From positions 1 to 45,624 of the forward strand of contig JAKSPH010000003.1 in the NCBI GenBank assembly GCA_024404975.1: DNA of 45,624 nt. The letters run 5' to 3'. This document shows positions 9,141-17,444 of the stretch, piece by piece (position 1 is the first letter of the stretch; each line of letters starts with the position of its first letter). Below the pieces are notes generated by a model. The model had not been told where the DNA came from. It did no database searches and saw nothing but the letters and a program-made list of their open reading frames with translations. Origin of the DNA: Clostridia bacterium (lineage in GTDB: Bacteria; Bacillota; Clostridia; Oscillospirales; CAG-272). The translations under genes were made by a program, and so were the position numbers.

Positions 9141-9271
9141 TAGGGTTCCCGAAAAAACCGAAAGAACAGGGGAAAAACGGAACAAATCTTTCGGAAAATC
9201 ACGGCGGCGCTATTGACTTTTCCTTCCGTTTGTTATACCATAAAGAAAAAAGTATTTGAAAGGAAACACAT

Positions 9272-10927
9272 ATGCCCGGACTTTATACGCTTCTCACCCC
9301 CGAAAAACTTGATACCATCCGCAAAGCCCCTTTTTACCGCGAACTGCGTGAGGGAATGATCGCGCAGGCGGACGCGTTTCTCGCCGAAGCCCCCGCTTAT
9401 CTGAAATTCGCCGATCTGCACCTGTTTGCCACGACCGGAAACCGTTCCGTGTACGAAAAAACATACACGGAGCATCTCGACCGCTTGGAAAGCTACTTCG
9501 CCGTCTATCTCATCACGGAAGACGAAAAGTATCTCAACGCACTGACCGACATCGTCTGGGACGTCTGCGGTGTCGAATCCTGGTCGATCCCCGCTCACGT
9601 CAAAGAGGATCTTTCGATCGAACGCCGCCGCCGCAATCTCGACCTCGTTTCCACCCGCGTGGGAATGATCATGGCGGAGATCTATCACTTCCTCGGCGAT
9701 AAACTGCCCGATCTCGTGCGCCGCCGTATCGAATACGAAATGCGCGTGCGCATCCTCGACTCCTACTTTGCCGGTGACGAATATTGGTGGGAGTATACCA
9801 ACAACAACTGGGCTGCGGTCTGCGCCGCAAACATTTTCTGCTCGTTTATTCTGATGGGCGGAAAAGAGGAAACCGAACGCGCGATCCCCCGCCTCGAAAA
9901 GACGATCGAAGGTTTCCTTCTCGGTTTTGACGATGAGGGCTGCTGCAAGGAAGGTTACAGCTATTGGAAATACGGCTTCGGTCATTTCTGCATCTACGCC
10001 ACCGCTCTGCGTGAGTACACGGACGGAAAGATCGACTACTTCAAACTCCCCAAGATCCGTGCCATCGCCGGTTTTGAGGAATCCATCGCCATCAACGACA
10101 CGCAATGCATCTCCTTCTCGGACTGCAAACAGATCTTCGCACCGTCCATGGGACTTTCCCACTTCCTGAAAACGGAATACCCCGACCTCGGTCTGCCGAA
10201 GATGGGGCTTCCCGCCATGAAGAAGATCACCCTGTACGACCTTTTGTGGCTCAATCCCGCGCTGGAAGGTGTCAGCACGGCTTCCAAAGCCAAGGTGTTC
10301 CGCGAGAATCAATGGTTCATCTACCATTCCGAGGCGTTCAACTTCGCCTGCAAGGCGGGTTGCAACAATGAGTTCCACAACCACAACGATATCGGTTCCT
10401 TCGTCTTCTCGAAGAACGGAAAAATGACCTTCTCGGATCCCGGCGGAGGAGAATACACAAGACAGTATTTCAGTTCCGAACGGTACTCCATCCTCGCCGC
10501 TTCTTCCCGCGGACACAGCGTGCCGATCATCAACGGTCAGTATCAGGTTACGGGAACGGAAAAATCCGTGATCCTCGCCGAGGAAAAAAACCGCTACGCT
10601 TTCACGATGAAGAACGGCTATGACGTAGAGTCGCTGAACGCCCTCAACCGCGAGTTCAGAGCGGAGAAAGACGCTCTCGTCATCACCGACACTTACGACT
10701 TTGAAAAAGACCCTGACGAGGTGATCGAACGCTTCGTTTCGCTTCTCCCCATCACGGTCGACGGCGGAAAGGCGGTTTGCGGTGATTCCGAACTCGTCTT
10801 TGACACTGCCGTGTTCGATGCCTCTGTAACGACGGAGGATTTCCGTGTCGGCGTTCCGCTCTATCAGCTGAATCTCAAAGTCAAAGTTCCCGATGCAAAA
10901 ATGACACTTTCCGTGAAAGTTTGCTGA
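9272..10927 (+). CDS. Heparinase II/III-like protein (cytoplasmic oligosaccharide lyase)
   Basis: 'NNNWAAVC', 'DEGCCKEGYSYWKYG', 'HNHNDIGSF', 'DPGGGEY', 'SSRGHSVPIING' motifs; no signal peptide. Confidence 0.85.
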   Translation: MPGLYTLLTPEKLDTIRKAPFYRELREGMIAQADAFLAEAPAYLKFADLHLFATTGNRSVYEKTYTEHLDRLESYFAVYLITEDEKYLNALTDIVWDVCGVESWSIPAHVKEDLSIERRRRNLDLVSTRVGMIMAEIYHFLGDKLPDLVRRRIEYEMRVRILDSYFAGDEYWWEYTNNNWAAVCAANIFCSFILMGGKEETERAIPRLEKTIEGFLLGFDDEGCCKEGYSYWKYGFGHFCIYATALREYTDGKIDYFKLPKIRAIAGFEESIAINDTQCISFSDCKQIFAPSMGLSHFLKTEYPDLGLPKMGLPAMKKITLYDLLWLNPALEGVSTASKAKVFRENQWFIYHSEAFNFACKAGCNNEFHNHNDIGSFVFSKNGKMTFSDPGGGEYTRQYFSSERYSILAASSRGHSVPIINGQYQVTGTEKSVILAEEKNRYAFTMKNGYDVESLNALNREFRAEKDALVITDTYDFEKDPDEVIERFVSLLPITVDGGKAVCGDSELVFDTAVFDASVTTEDFRVGVPLYQLNLKVKVPDAKMTLSVKVC

Positions 10928-10932
10928 CAATC

Positions 10933-10967
10933 AAAAGATCCGTCCGGATGCCGGACGGATCTTTTTT
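10933..10967. terminator. Bidirectional intrinsic terminator
   Basis: AAAAGATCCGTCCGG-ATG-CCGGACGGATCTTTT between convergent genes. Confidence 0.9.
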
Positions 10968-10987
10968 GTTAACTTTTGTTTGCAATA

Positions 10988-11974
10988 TCAGTGGATTCTT
11001 CCGTATGCCCACGGATCCGCGTCGTCGCCGATGAACTCTTTGATCGGCTCGGTCGCACGGTTCAGCGCTTCGATGACGTCGGGAGCGAGGGTGAGATCTC
11101 CGGCTTTCGCGTTGGCGATCGCCTGTGCCGGGGTTCTCGCGCCGGCAATCACGCTCGTGATCTCCGGTCGGGACAAACTCCACGCGAGTGCCACGTCCTC
11201 CATCGGCTGACCGATCTCAAGACAGATCTCTCGGATCTTGTCGATGCAGGAGAAGGCGAGTTCCTCGCAACCGGCTCCGCCGTGTCTTGCGCCCTGACGG
11301 ATCGCCGAATTGAAGATCTTGGTTCTTGCTCTGCCGACGGGGAAATCGTCGGCGGTTTTATATTTACCGGAAAGCAACCCCTGTCCGAGAGAACTGTACG
11401 TCAGAATTCCGATTCCGTTCTCATGGCATTTGCCCATGATCGAGTATTCAATGCCGCGGAAGAGCAGGTTGTACGCCATCTGATTGGAAACCACGTCCGC
11501 TTTACCGAGAACGCGGTCAAGATCGCCGATGCCGAAATTGGAAACGCCGATCGCGCGGATCTTACCTTGCTTTTTGAGGTCGGTCAAGGTGTCGAGTGCC
11601 TCGTCCATGGAGTCCGCCGACGGCCAATGGATCTGATAGAGGTCAAGATAATCCGTGCCGAGTCTTTTCAGCGTGTTTTCGAGGGAGGAAACCATATCCG
11701 CACGGTTCAGATGAGAGTTGGAAACCTTGGATTGGATGACGACGCGGGAGCGGTCGGCACCGAGTGCTTTTCCGAGGATGACTTCGGTCAACCCGCCGGC
11801 GTAACTTTCGGCGGTGTCGAAGGAGGTAACGCCGCTGTCAAGGGCAGCTCTGATGGTTTCAACGGAGTCTTTTTCGTCCTGCGGCCCCCAGTTGGAATCG
11901 CCGGTAAAGGTCATGCATCCGAGAGTAACGGCAGAGAGCGTCAGTCCCGAATTTCCGAGTGCTTTGTACTTCAT
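10988..11974 (-). CDS. Aldo/keto reductase
   Basis: 'LGCMTF', 'FDTAESY', 'LGTDYLDLYQIHWP', 'GKIRAIGVSNF', 'YSSLGQGLLSGKY'. Confidence 0.93.
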   Translation of the reverse strand: MKYKALGNSGLTLSAVTLGCMTFTGDSNWGPQDEKDSVETIRAALDSGVTSFDTAESYAGGLTEVILGKALGADRSRVVIQSKVSNSHLNRADMVSSLENTLKRLGTDYLDLYQIHWPSADSMDEALDTLTDLKKQGKIRAIGVSNFGIGDLDRVLGKADVVSNQMAYNLLFRGIEYSIMGKCHENGIGILTYSSLGQGLLSGKYKTADDFPVGRARTKIFNSAIRQGARHGGAGCEELAFSCIDKIREICLEIGQPMEDVALAWSLSRPEITSVIAGARTPAQAIANAKAGDLTLAPDVIEALNRATEPIKEFIGDDADPWAYGRIH

Positions 11975-11992
11975 ATCTGATCTCCTTTTAAT

Positions 11993-13030
11993 TTATTCAC
12001 CGTAAATCGGCAGATGAAGGGCTTTCATGATCCCGCGGATATGCCCGATGGCGTACGCCACCGTCGCGTGGGAAGTCTGACAACCGGCAAGGGCGGGGTA
12101 GTGATCGGGAATGAAACATCCGTCGAAACCGGCATCGTAATAGGTCTTGAGCGTGCGGGGAATATCCACGTCGCCGTCGTCGATCATCATTTCGTCGTAC
12201 TTCGGTATCGCCCCGCGGACGTTGCGCAAATGGACGTAGGAAATGCGTTTTTCTCTTGCGAAGTGATCAATGGTCTTGTACACGTCCACACCCATTTCGG
12301 AGAACGTGCCTTGACAAAATTCCACGGTGCAATACGGCGTCGGGAAGGTGCGGAACAGTTCGTCGTAATCCTCCGGCGAGATGAGAACGCGCCCCGCGTG
12401 GCGGAGCATAGGGATCGGGGGATCTTCGGGATGCGCGGCAAGCTGAACCCCAGCGTCGGCGCAGACCGGGAGGATGTTTTCCAAGAAACGGTACAGACGG
12501 TGCTTCATCTCCTCGCGGGAGATTTCGGGATACGTGCCGGTGGCTTCCGGTTCGACCACGGTGTTCCACGCCATGGAGCGGGGAATGTAATCGTCGACGA
12601 AGGGGTGTCCTTCGGGATCGAAACTGACGGACATCGTGCCGCCTCTGCCGACGGGCGCGGAATATCTGCCGATGACACCGCCCGCGGAGAAGTTGTATCC
12701 CATGATCGGGATACCCGCTTTTCCCATATTGGAAATCGTACGCTTGAGGTTTTCGAGTTGTTTCTCCTGTCCCGGCAGATCCATCAGAATCTTATGCCAG
12801 AAGCGCGGCGGGAAATTCTCGATCGCCTCGAATCCGAGACCGTTCTCACGGAAGTGAGCGACAAGGCGTTTGAGATCGTCTTCCGCCCAATATCCGTCCT
12901 TCGCGGAAGGAAGAACGTCGGTGTCATATTTGAAACCGAGGACGTGAGTAACACCTATCTGACGGAGAAATTGTAAATAGTTCTTGTCATATAGTTCGGT
13001 GGCGGCGCGCAATCCGACGGCAACTTTCAT
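11993..13030 (-). CDS. uxuA: Mannonate dehydratase (UxuA family, divergent)
   Basis: 'GYNFS', 'FLENILPVC', 'HPEDPP', 'FCQGTFSEM', 'VHLRNVRG', 'IPDHYP', 'AYAIGHIRG'; exact substrate uncertain. Confidence 0.8.
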   Translation of the reverse strand: MKVAVGLRAATELYDKNYLQFLRQIGVTHVLGFKYDTDVLPSAKDGYWAEDDLKRLVAHFRENGLGFEAIENFPPRFWHKILMDLPGQEKQLENLKRTISNMGKAGIPIMGYNFSAGGVIGRYSAPVGRGGTMSVSFDPEGHPFVDDYIPRSMAWNTVVEPEATGTYPEISREEMKHRLYRFLENILPVCADAGVQLAAHPEDPPIPMLRHAGRVLISPEDYDELFRTFPTPYCTVEFCQGTFSEMGVDVYKTIDHFAREKRISYVHLRNVRGAIPKYDEMMIDDGDVDIPRTLKTYYDAGFDGCFIPDHYPALAGCQTSHATVAYAIGHIRGIMKALHLPIYGE

Positions 13031-13062
13031 AAAATACCTCTATTACTTCGCAAAAACGCGAT

Positions 13063-13773
13063 TCAGTCAAGATAGAAGTTTTCTCTTACGGAAACGACGT
13101 TGGGCTGGGAGAACGGCGTTCCTTCTCTTTTACGAACGGCATCGATAAACTCTTCCATCGAGTCGATGGGATGCTCGAAAGAAAGACCGCCGATGATGGC
13201 TTGGCTTCTTCTGTGCATATCGGAACCCGCGGTGGGGATCATGCCGAACGCGCCGACATAGGAATTGGCGAGCGCGTTTTCTCTGTTGCCGCGGCTGGCG
13301 TTGATGATCTCCACGGCTTCGGCTTCGGGATAGAGATTGAAGTGATCGAGATCGGGACTCTCACGATAAGGATGCGCGTGGACGGCGAGAGCGCCGTTCT
13401 CTTTGGCGAACTGAAGGAACTGACGTGCGGAGAGATCCATGATTTCGGGCAGGGCAGCGAGTTTGTCCTCGTCCCAACCGTAGACCAGAATATGCGTTCC
13501 GGGGAATCCCTGTTCAAATCCGAAAAATACTTTCAGACGGTCGCCGGCGGCTTCCTTGACCTCGCGGTATCCGCGGGCGAAGGCGTGTACTCTGTCGGCG
13601 AAGGGCGCATCGGGCATCTCGTCGTTGATACGGCAGTTTCCGTGGAAAAAGTGATCGGTGACGATGACACCGTAATAACCGTTATTCACGTACAGATCCA
13701 CGATCTGTTCCGCGCTCATTTTTCCGCAGCGGCTCACGGAAGCCGTATGCAAATGCGTTTCGATTTTGAACAT
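13063..13773 (-). CDS. PHP-domain phosphoesterase (paralog 2)
   Basis: 'ETHLHT', 'VTDHF', 'HAHPYR', 'GSDMH'. Confidence 0.85.
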   Translation of the reverse strand: MFKIETHLHTASVSRCGKMSAEQIVDLYVNNGYYGVIVTDHFFHGNCRINDEMPDAPFADRVHAFARGYREVKEAAGDRLKVFFGFEQGFPGTHILVYGWDEDKLAALPEIMDLSARQFLQFAKENGALAVHAHPYRESPDLDHFNLYPEAEAVEIINASRGNRENALANSYVGAFGMIPTAGSDMHRRSQAIIGGLSFEHPIDSMEEFIDAVRKREGTPFSQPNVVSVRENFYLD

Positions 13774-13776
13774 TCT

Positions 13777-14484
13777 TCACACCTCTTCTTTCGGTTTCGC
13801 GGCAAGGACGTTTGCGCGGTTGATGGGTTTTCCGAGTCCCGCTCTGACGGCGGCAATGTATTCTTCGATATTGTGGATGGGTTCTTCAAATGCCATACCG
13901 CCGAGGCGGGGCGTTACCGTCGCATGGGCATCGGAACCGGAAGTTTTGAGTTTATCGAAGTTGTTGGCGTAAATGACCGCGAGAGCGTTGGTCTTGTCGG
14001 GCATGGAGGCGTTCATGACTTCCACGCCTTCCGTCTGCGGGAACAGGCGGATGTGGTCGATGTAACCCGCTTGGCGGTAAGGATGCGCCTGCACGGTGAA
14101 GGCGCCGTTCTCCTTGGCGAATTTCAGAAACTCTTTCGGCGGCATATCCATGATCTCCGGCATGGAAACGAGTTTTTCCTCATCCCATCCGTACACGAGG
14201 ATATCCGTGCCTTTGTAGGTGTATTCAAATCCGAACATGACGGTCAGTTTGTCGCCTGCCGCCTCCTTGACCTCGCGGTAAGCACGCGCGTACCGTCTGA
14301 TTTTTTCTTCGTAGGAAGCATCCGGCATCTCGCGGCGTACAACGCAGTTTCCGTTCAGAAAGTGATCGGTGACGATCACGCCGGAATATCCGTTCTTCAC
14401 GTACAGATCGACGAGTTCTTCCGCGCTCATCCTTCCGCAGATGGAGGAGATTGCGGTATGGCAGTGGGTTTCGTAATAATACAT
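13777..14484 (-). CDS. PHP-domain phosphoesterase (paralog 1)
   Basis: 'ETHCHT', 'VTDHF', 'QAHPYR', 'GSDAH'; ATG at 14484 after GAGG. Confidence 0.85.
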   Translation of the reverse strand: MYYYETHCHTAISSICGRMSAEELVDLYVKNGYSGVIVTDHFLNGNCVVRREMPDASYEEKIRRYARAYREVKEAAGDKLTVMFGFEYTYKGTDILVYGWDEEKLVSMPEIMDMPPKEFLKFAKENGAFTVQAHPYRQAGYIDHIRLFPQTEGVEVMNASMPDKTNALAVIYANNFDKLKTSGSDAHATVTPRLGGMAFEEPIHNIEEYIAAVRAGLGKPINRANVLAAKPKEEV

Positions 14485-14533
14485 CGGTATCTGACCTCTT
14501 TTCAAAAATTACTGTTTTTTCGGGGATCCTGTA

Positions 14534-15388
14534 TTAGAAGAGGATCTTTCCGAGTACCGCCGGTTTTCTTCCTTCAAAGAGTGCGGCGGCGTTTTCGTAA
14601 ACGTCCGAAGCCGTCAGTGGGACGGGGCGCAATATCCTGCCCGTAGAACCCGCGCTCAGTTCATATAGCCACGGACCGCGGTATCCGACCTCCGACAGGG
14701 CTTTCAGAACCCCCGAAAAATCCGCTTTTCCTTCACCGGGCAAAACGTGTCTTTCGTCGATCAGATCGTAGTCGGACACGTGTGTGGTAACGATCTTTTC
14801 TCCGACGGCGCGGACGAATTCCGCGTTGTCCTGTTTCGTCAGATGATTGGTGTCGAAAACGACGCGCAACCGGCTGTCCGCTTCCAGCAAGGCGAGGATC
14901 TCTCCGCTGTCGTGACCGATACAGGAGCGGGGCAGGTCTTCCACGCAGAGAGTAACGCCGAGATCCCCGGCGGTCTGACACAGTTCCCGCACGGAGCGTT
15001 TCGCGGCTTCGAGATGCGCCGCGCGGTCGGCATCGGCAATGGGTTCGCCGCTCGCGTGAAAAACGAAATGTGAAAAGCCGTGAGGCGCCGCTGCCTTCAT
15101 ATAATCCGTGAATTTCCCGACGGTGTATCTCCGCATCTCTTCGTTCGGGGAGGAAGGATCGAGTTTCTCAAACGGCAGGAAGGGCAAGTGGTACGACCAC
15201 AGCGTTACGCCATGCGCACGCGCGGCTTCGCCGATCCCGTCGAGGATCAGTGCGTCGTGGTCTTTTTCCGCGCCGAAAGATAGTTCGAAATGCGTGATCC
15301 CGCCTTTCTCGTATTCGGAAAACCACACGTCAAAAGAAATCGGCTGTGCCGCCGAAAAGAAAGAACTTGACAGTCCGACAGGATACAT
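14534..15388 (-). CDS. Sugar phosphate isomerase/epimerase (xylose isomerase-like TIM barrel)
   Basis: 'SYHLPF', 'VFHASGEP', 'VEDLPR', 'FDTNH', 'HVSDYD...ERHVLPGEG', 'YE' metal ligands. Confidence 0.85.
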   Translation of the reverse strand: MYPVGLSSSFFSAAQPISFDVWFSEYEKGGITHFELSFGAEKDHDALILDGIGEAARAHGVTLWSYHLPFLPFEKLDPSSPNEEMRRYTVGKFTDYMKAAAPHGFSHFVFHASGEPIADADRAAHLEAAKRSVRELCQTAGDLGVTLCVEDLPRSCIGHDSGEILALLEADSRLRVVFDTNHLTKQDNAEFVRAVGEKIVTTHVSDYDLIDERHVLPGEGKADFSGVLKALSEVGYRGPWLYELSAGSTGRILRPVPLTASDVYENAAALFEGRKPAVLGKILF

Positions 15389-15528
15389 AATCCACCTCGT
15401 ATTGTTTTTTTAGTATAACACGCGCGCGGGATGTTGTCAAGAGCGCCGGAGCGGTTTTGAAAACTCCGCGGGGCAAACAGCAAAACGGCGGCAGGGTACT
15501 TTCGTCCCCGCTGCCGTTCGGTGATCAA

Positions 15529-16896
15529 TTATTCTTCGTAGCGTTCAAAGACGACTTCTGCTGTGGTAAAGAGTTTCATTTTGAAATACAGACGGAAGTT
15601 TCCGCCGGAGAGGATCTCCTCTTTGACGACGGCAGCGTCACTGTCGGCATCGACAACGCGGAAAGTCGCTTTGACGGGTCCCGTGATTCCGAGATCCTTC
15701 ACGTCGATACGGACGGTCTTGTCTTCCGCTTCGTCCGCGTCGCGGTAGTAGGTGAACATCAGTGCCGCCTTGTCTTCGGACTTCGCGCCGACGGCATAGA
15801 GTGCCTCGTCGTCGGTCGAAACCCTGACGGCGGTGCCGAGGCGGTAGAGGTCGCCGAAATACAGGAAGGGGTAATACCCTTTGAGTTTATCGCACACGAA
15901 ATCCGTGGCGAACATGCCGTTCATACCGCAGGGGCGTGCATCGTAGTACATCAGAAGATCGAGCGGCGCGTATTGCTCCGAAGCCATCACGGCGGAAATG
16001 AAGGACGAGCCTTTCAGACCTTTCTCGGTTTTGAGAGAGTAGACCCAATCGTCGCCGACCCAACTCTTGACGTAGTTCCATTCGTTCAGAATGCTCTCGG
16101 TCTTCGTAAAGCCGAACTCATCGAGAATATCTCTCGCGAGGCGCGTATCGGCGAGAACTTTTTCAGGCGTGGAAGTATAGACGTGCCAGGAGAAGAAATC
16201 GAGGGGCGTTCCGTGATCCCGGCAATATGCGAGGAAGTCGCGGCACCAGGGTTTTGTGGAACGGCAAACGGCAGGACCGCCGATCTTCAGATGAGGGAAA
16301 CGCGCTTTGAGGCGTTTTGCCGCAATATCGAAGAGGTCGAAGAACTGCGCTTTCGTGCCGCCCCAGGTCTTCTTGTCAACGATATCGGCGTCGTCGGCGC
16401 ACATGTCCGGCTCGTTCCAGATCTCCCAATATTCGATATCGTATTTGAAACCGTTGTCCCATCCTTCGGTATAGTGCGCGACGATATGCTCGCAAATCCT
16501 TGCCCATTTTTGAAAATCGGGCGGGGGAAGCGTTCCGTACTTTTTCGGTGGGTGTTCGATCTTCGAGCCGAGACGGTAAAATGTTTTCACACCTGCGTAC
16601 TCGCAGACTTTGATATACTCGTCCGTGAGATCGAAATCGTAGGAGGCGGGATCGTTCTCGTCGGCGTCAAAGTTTCTGAAAATATTGTGGACGTCGACCG
16701 TGTGTTCTCCGCCGTAGGTGGCGCAGAACGCCGCATCGTGGTTTCTCGCATAGGGAATGCCGGCATCCACGAACGCCTGCAAGTTGGAGATTCGCTGATC
16801 TGCCGTGAATTTGTAGACCGGTCCGTTGTTGACGGCGTGCATCGGCTTGACTCTGCCGAGGTCGGTATTTCCTTCAAAAATCAAAGTGGACATCAT
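15529..16896 (-). CDS. GH39-like glycoside hydrolase
   Basis: 'YWEIWNEPD' (acid/base), 'KIGGPA', 'LDFFSWHVY', 'ILNEWN' (nucleophile) of clan GH-A; no signal peptide. Confidence 0.8.
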   Translation of the reverse strand: MMSTLIFEGNTDLGRVKPMHAVNNGPVYKFTADQRISNLQAFVDAGIPYARNHDAAFCATYGGEHTVDVHNIFRNFDADENDPASYDFDLTDEYIKVCEYAGVKTFYRLGSKIEHPPKKYGTLPPPDFQKWARICEHIVAHYTEGWDNGFKYDIEYWEIWNEPDMCADDADIVDKKTWGGTKAQFFDLFDIAAKRLKARFPHLKIGGPAVCRSTKPWCRDFLAYCRDHGTPLDFFSWHVYTSTPEKVLADTRLARDILDEFGFTKTESILNEWNYVKSWVGDDWVYSLKTEKGLKGSSFISAVMASEQYAPLDLLMYYDARPCGMNGMFATDFVCDKLKGYYPFLYFGDLYRLGTAVRVSTDDEALYAVGAKSEDKAALMFTYYRDADEAEDKTVRIDVKDLGITGPVKATFRVVDADSDAAVVKEEILSGGNFRLYFKMKLFTTAEVVFERYEE

Positions 16897-16941
16897 GATT
16901 TCCTTTCTTCCGGACAGGAAACGAAAAATGCAGTTTTACGA

Positions 16942-17427
16942 TCACAGATCGGCGATCAGAAGCATGCGGCTCTTGTTGTCGAGAGTACGGTAATCTTCGA
17001 TGATATAACGGTTATCGTCCGAGTCGCGCACACGGATGGAGAAGTCGCGGTTGATTCTGATATCGTGGTTGCGGTTGCGGATATCGAAGCCACGTACACC
17101 GCGCTCGGTTTCGACCACCCAGCGGAGGGTACCGTATTTCTCCACGACGGAGAGGATCTTCGTGATCTTGGGGACAAGATAGTAGTCGTCGAGCGAACGG
17201 CGGATCGCCGCGGCGCTTTCGGGCGAGAGATCGTCGATCTTGCGGATGACCGCTCTTTCGACGAATTCGGAATCGAGAAGGGTGATATATTCTTCAAGTT
17301 TGTTGACGGGGAACAGACGGCGGGGTTCGAGTTTTTCCATCACGGTACCGTCTTTGAGCGTGACGGTAACGAGGTTATTTTCGTACTGTTCAACCTTATC
17401 TTCTGCGGTCAGGTAAATTCTTTCCAT
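16942..17427 (-). CDS. DUF1854 domain protein
   Basis: 'RLFPV...YITL', 'YLVPKITKI', 'WVVETERG', 'DSDDNRYIIED...LDNKSR'; directly downstream of the ABC gene, as is typical for this family. Confidence 0.8.
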   Translation of the reverse strand: MERIYLTAEDKVEQYENNLVTVTLKDGTVMEKLEPRRLFPVNKLEEYITLLDSEFVERAVIRKIDDLSPESAAAIRRSLDDYYLVPKITKILSVVEKYGTLRWVVETERGVRGFDIRNRNHDIRINRDFSIRVRDSDDNRYIIEDYRTLDNKSRMLLIADL

Positions 17428-17444
17428 GATTCTTTATCCTCCTA

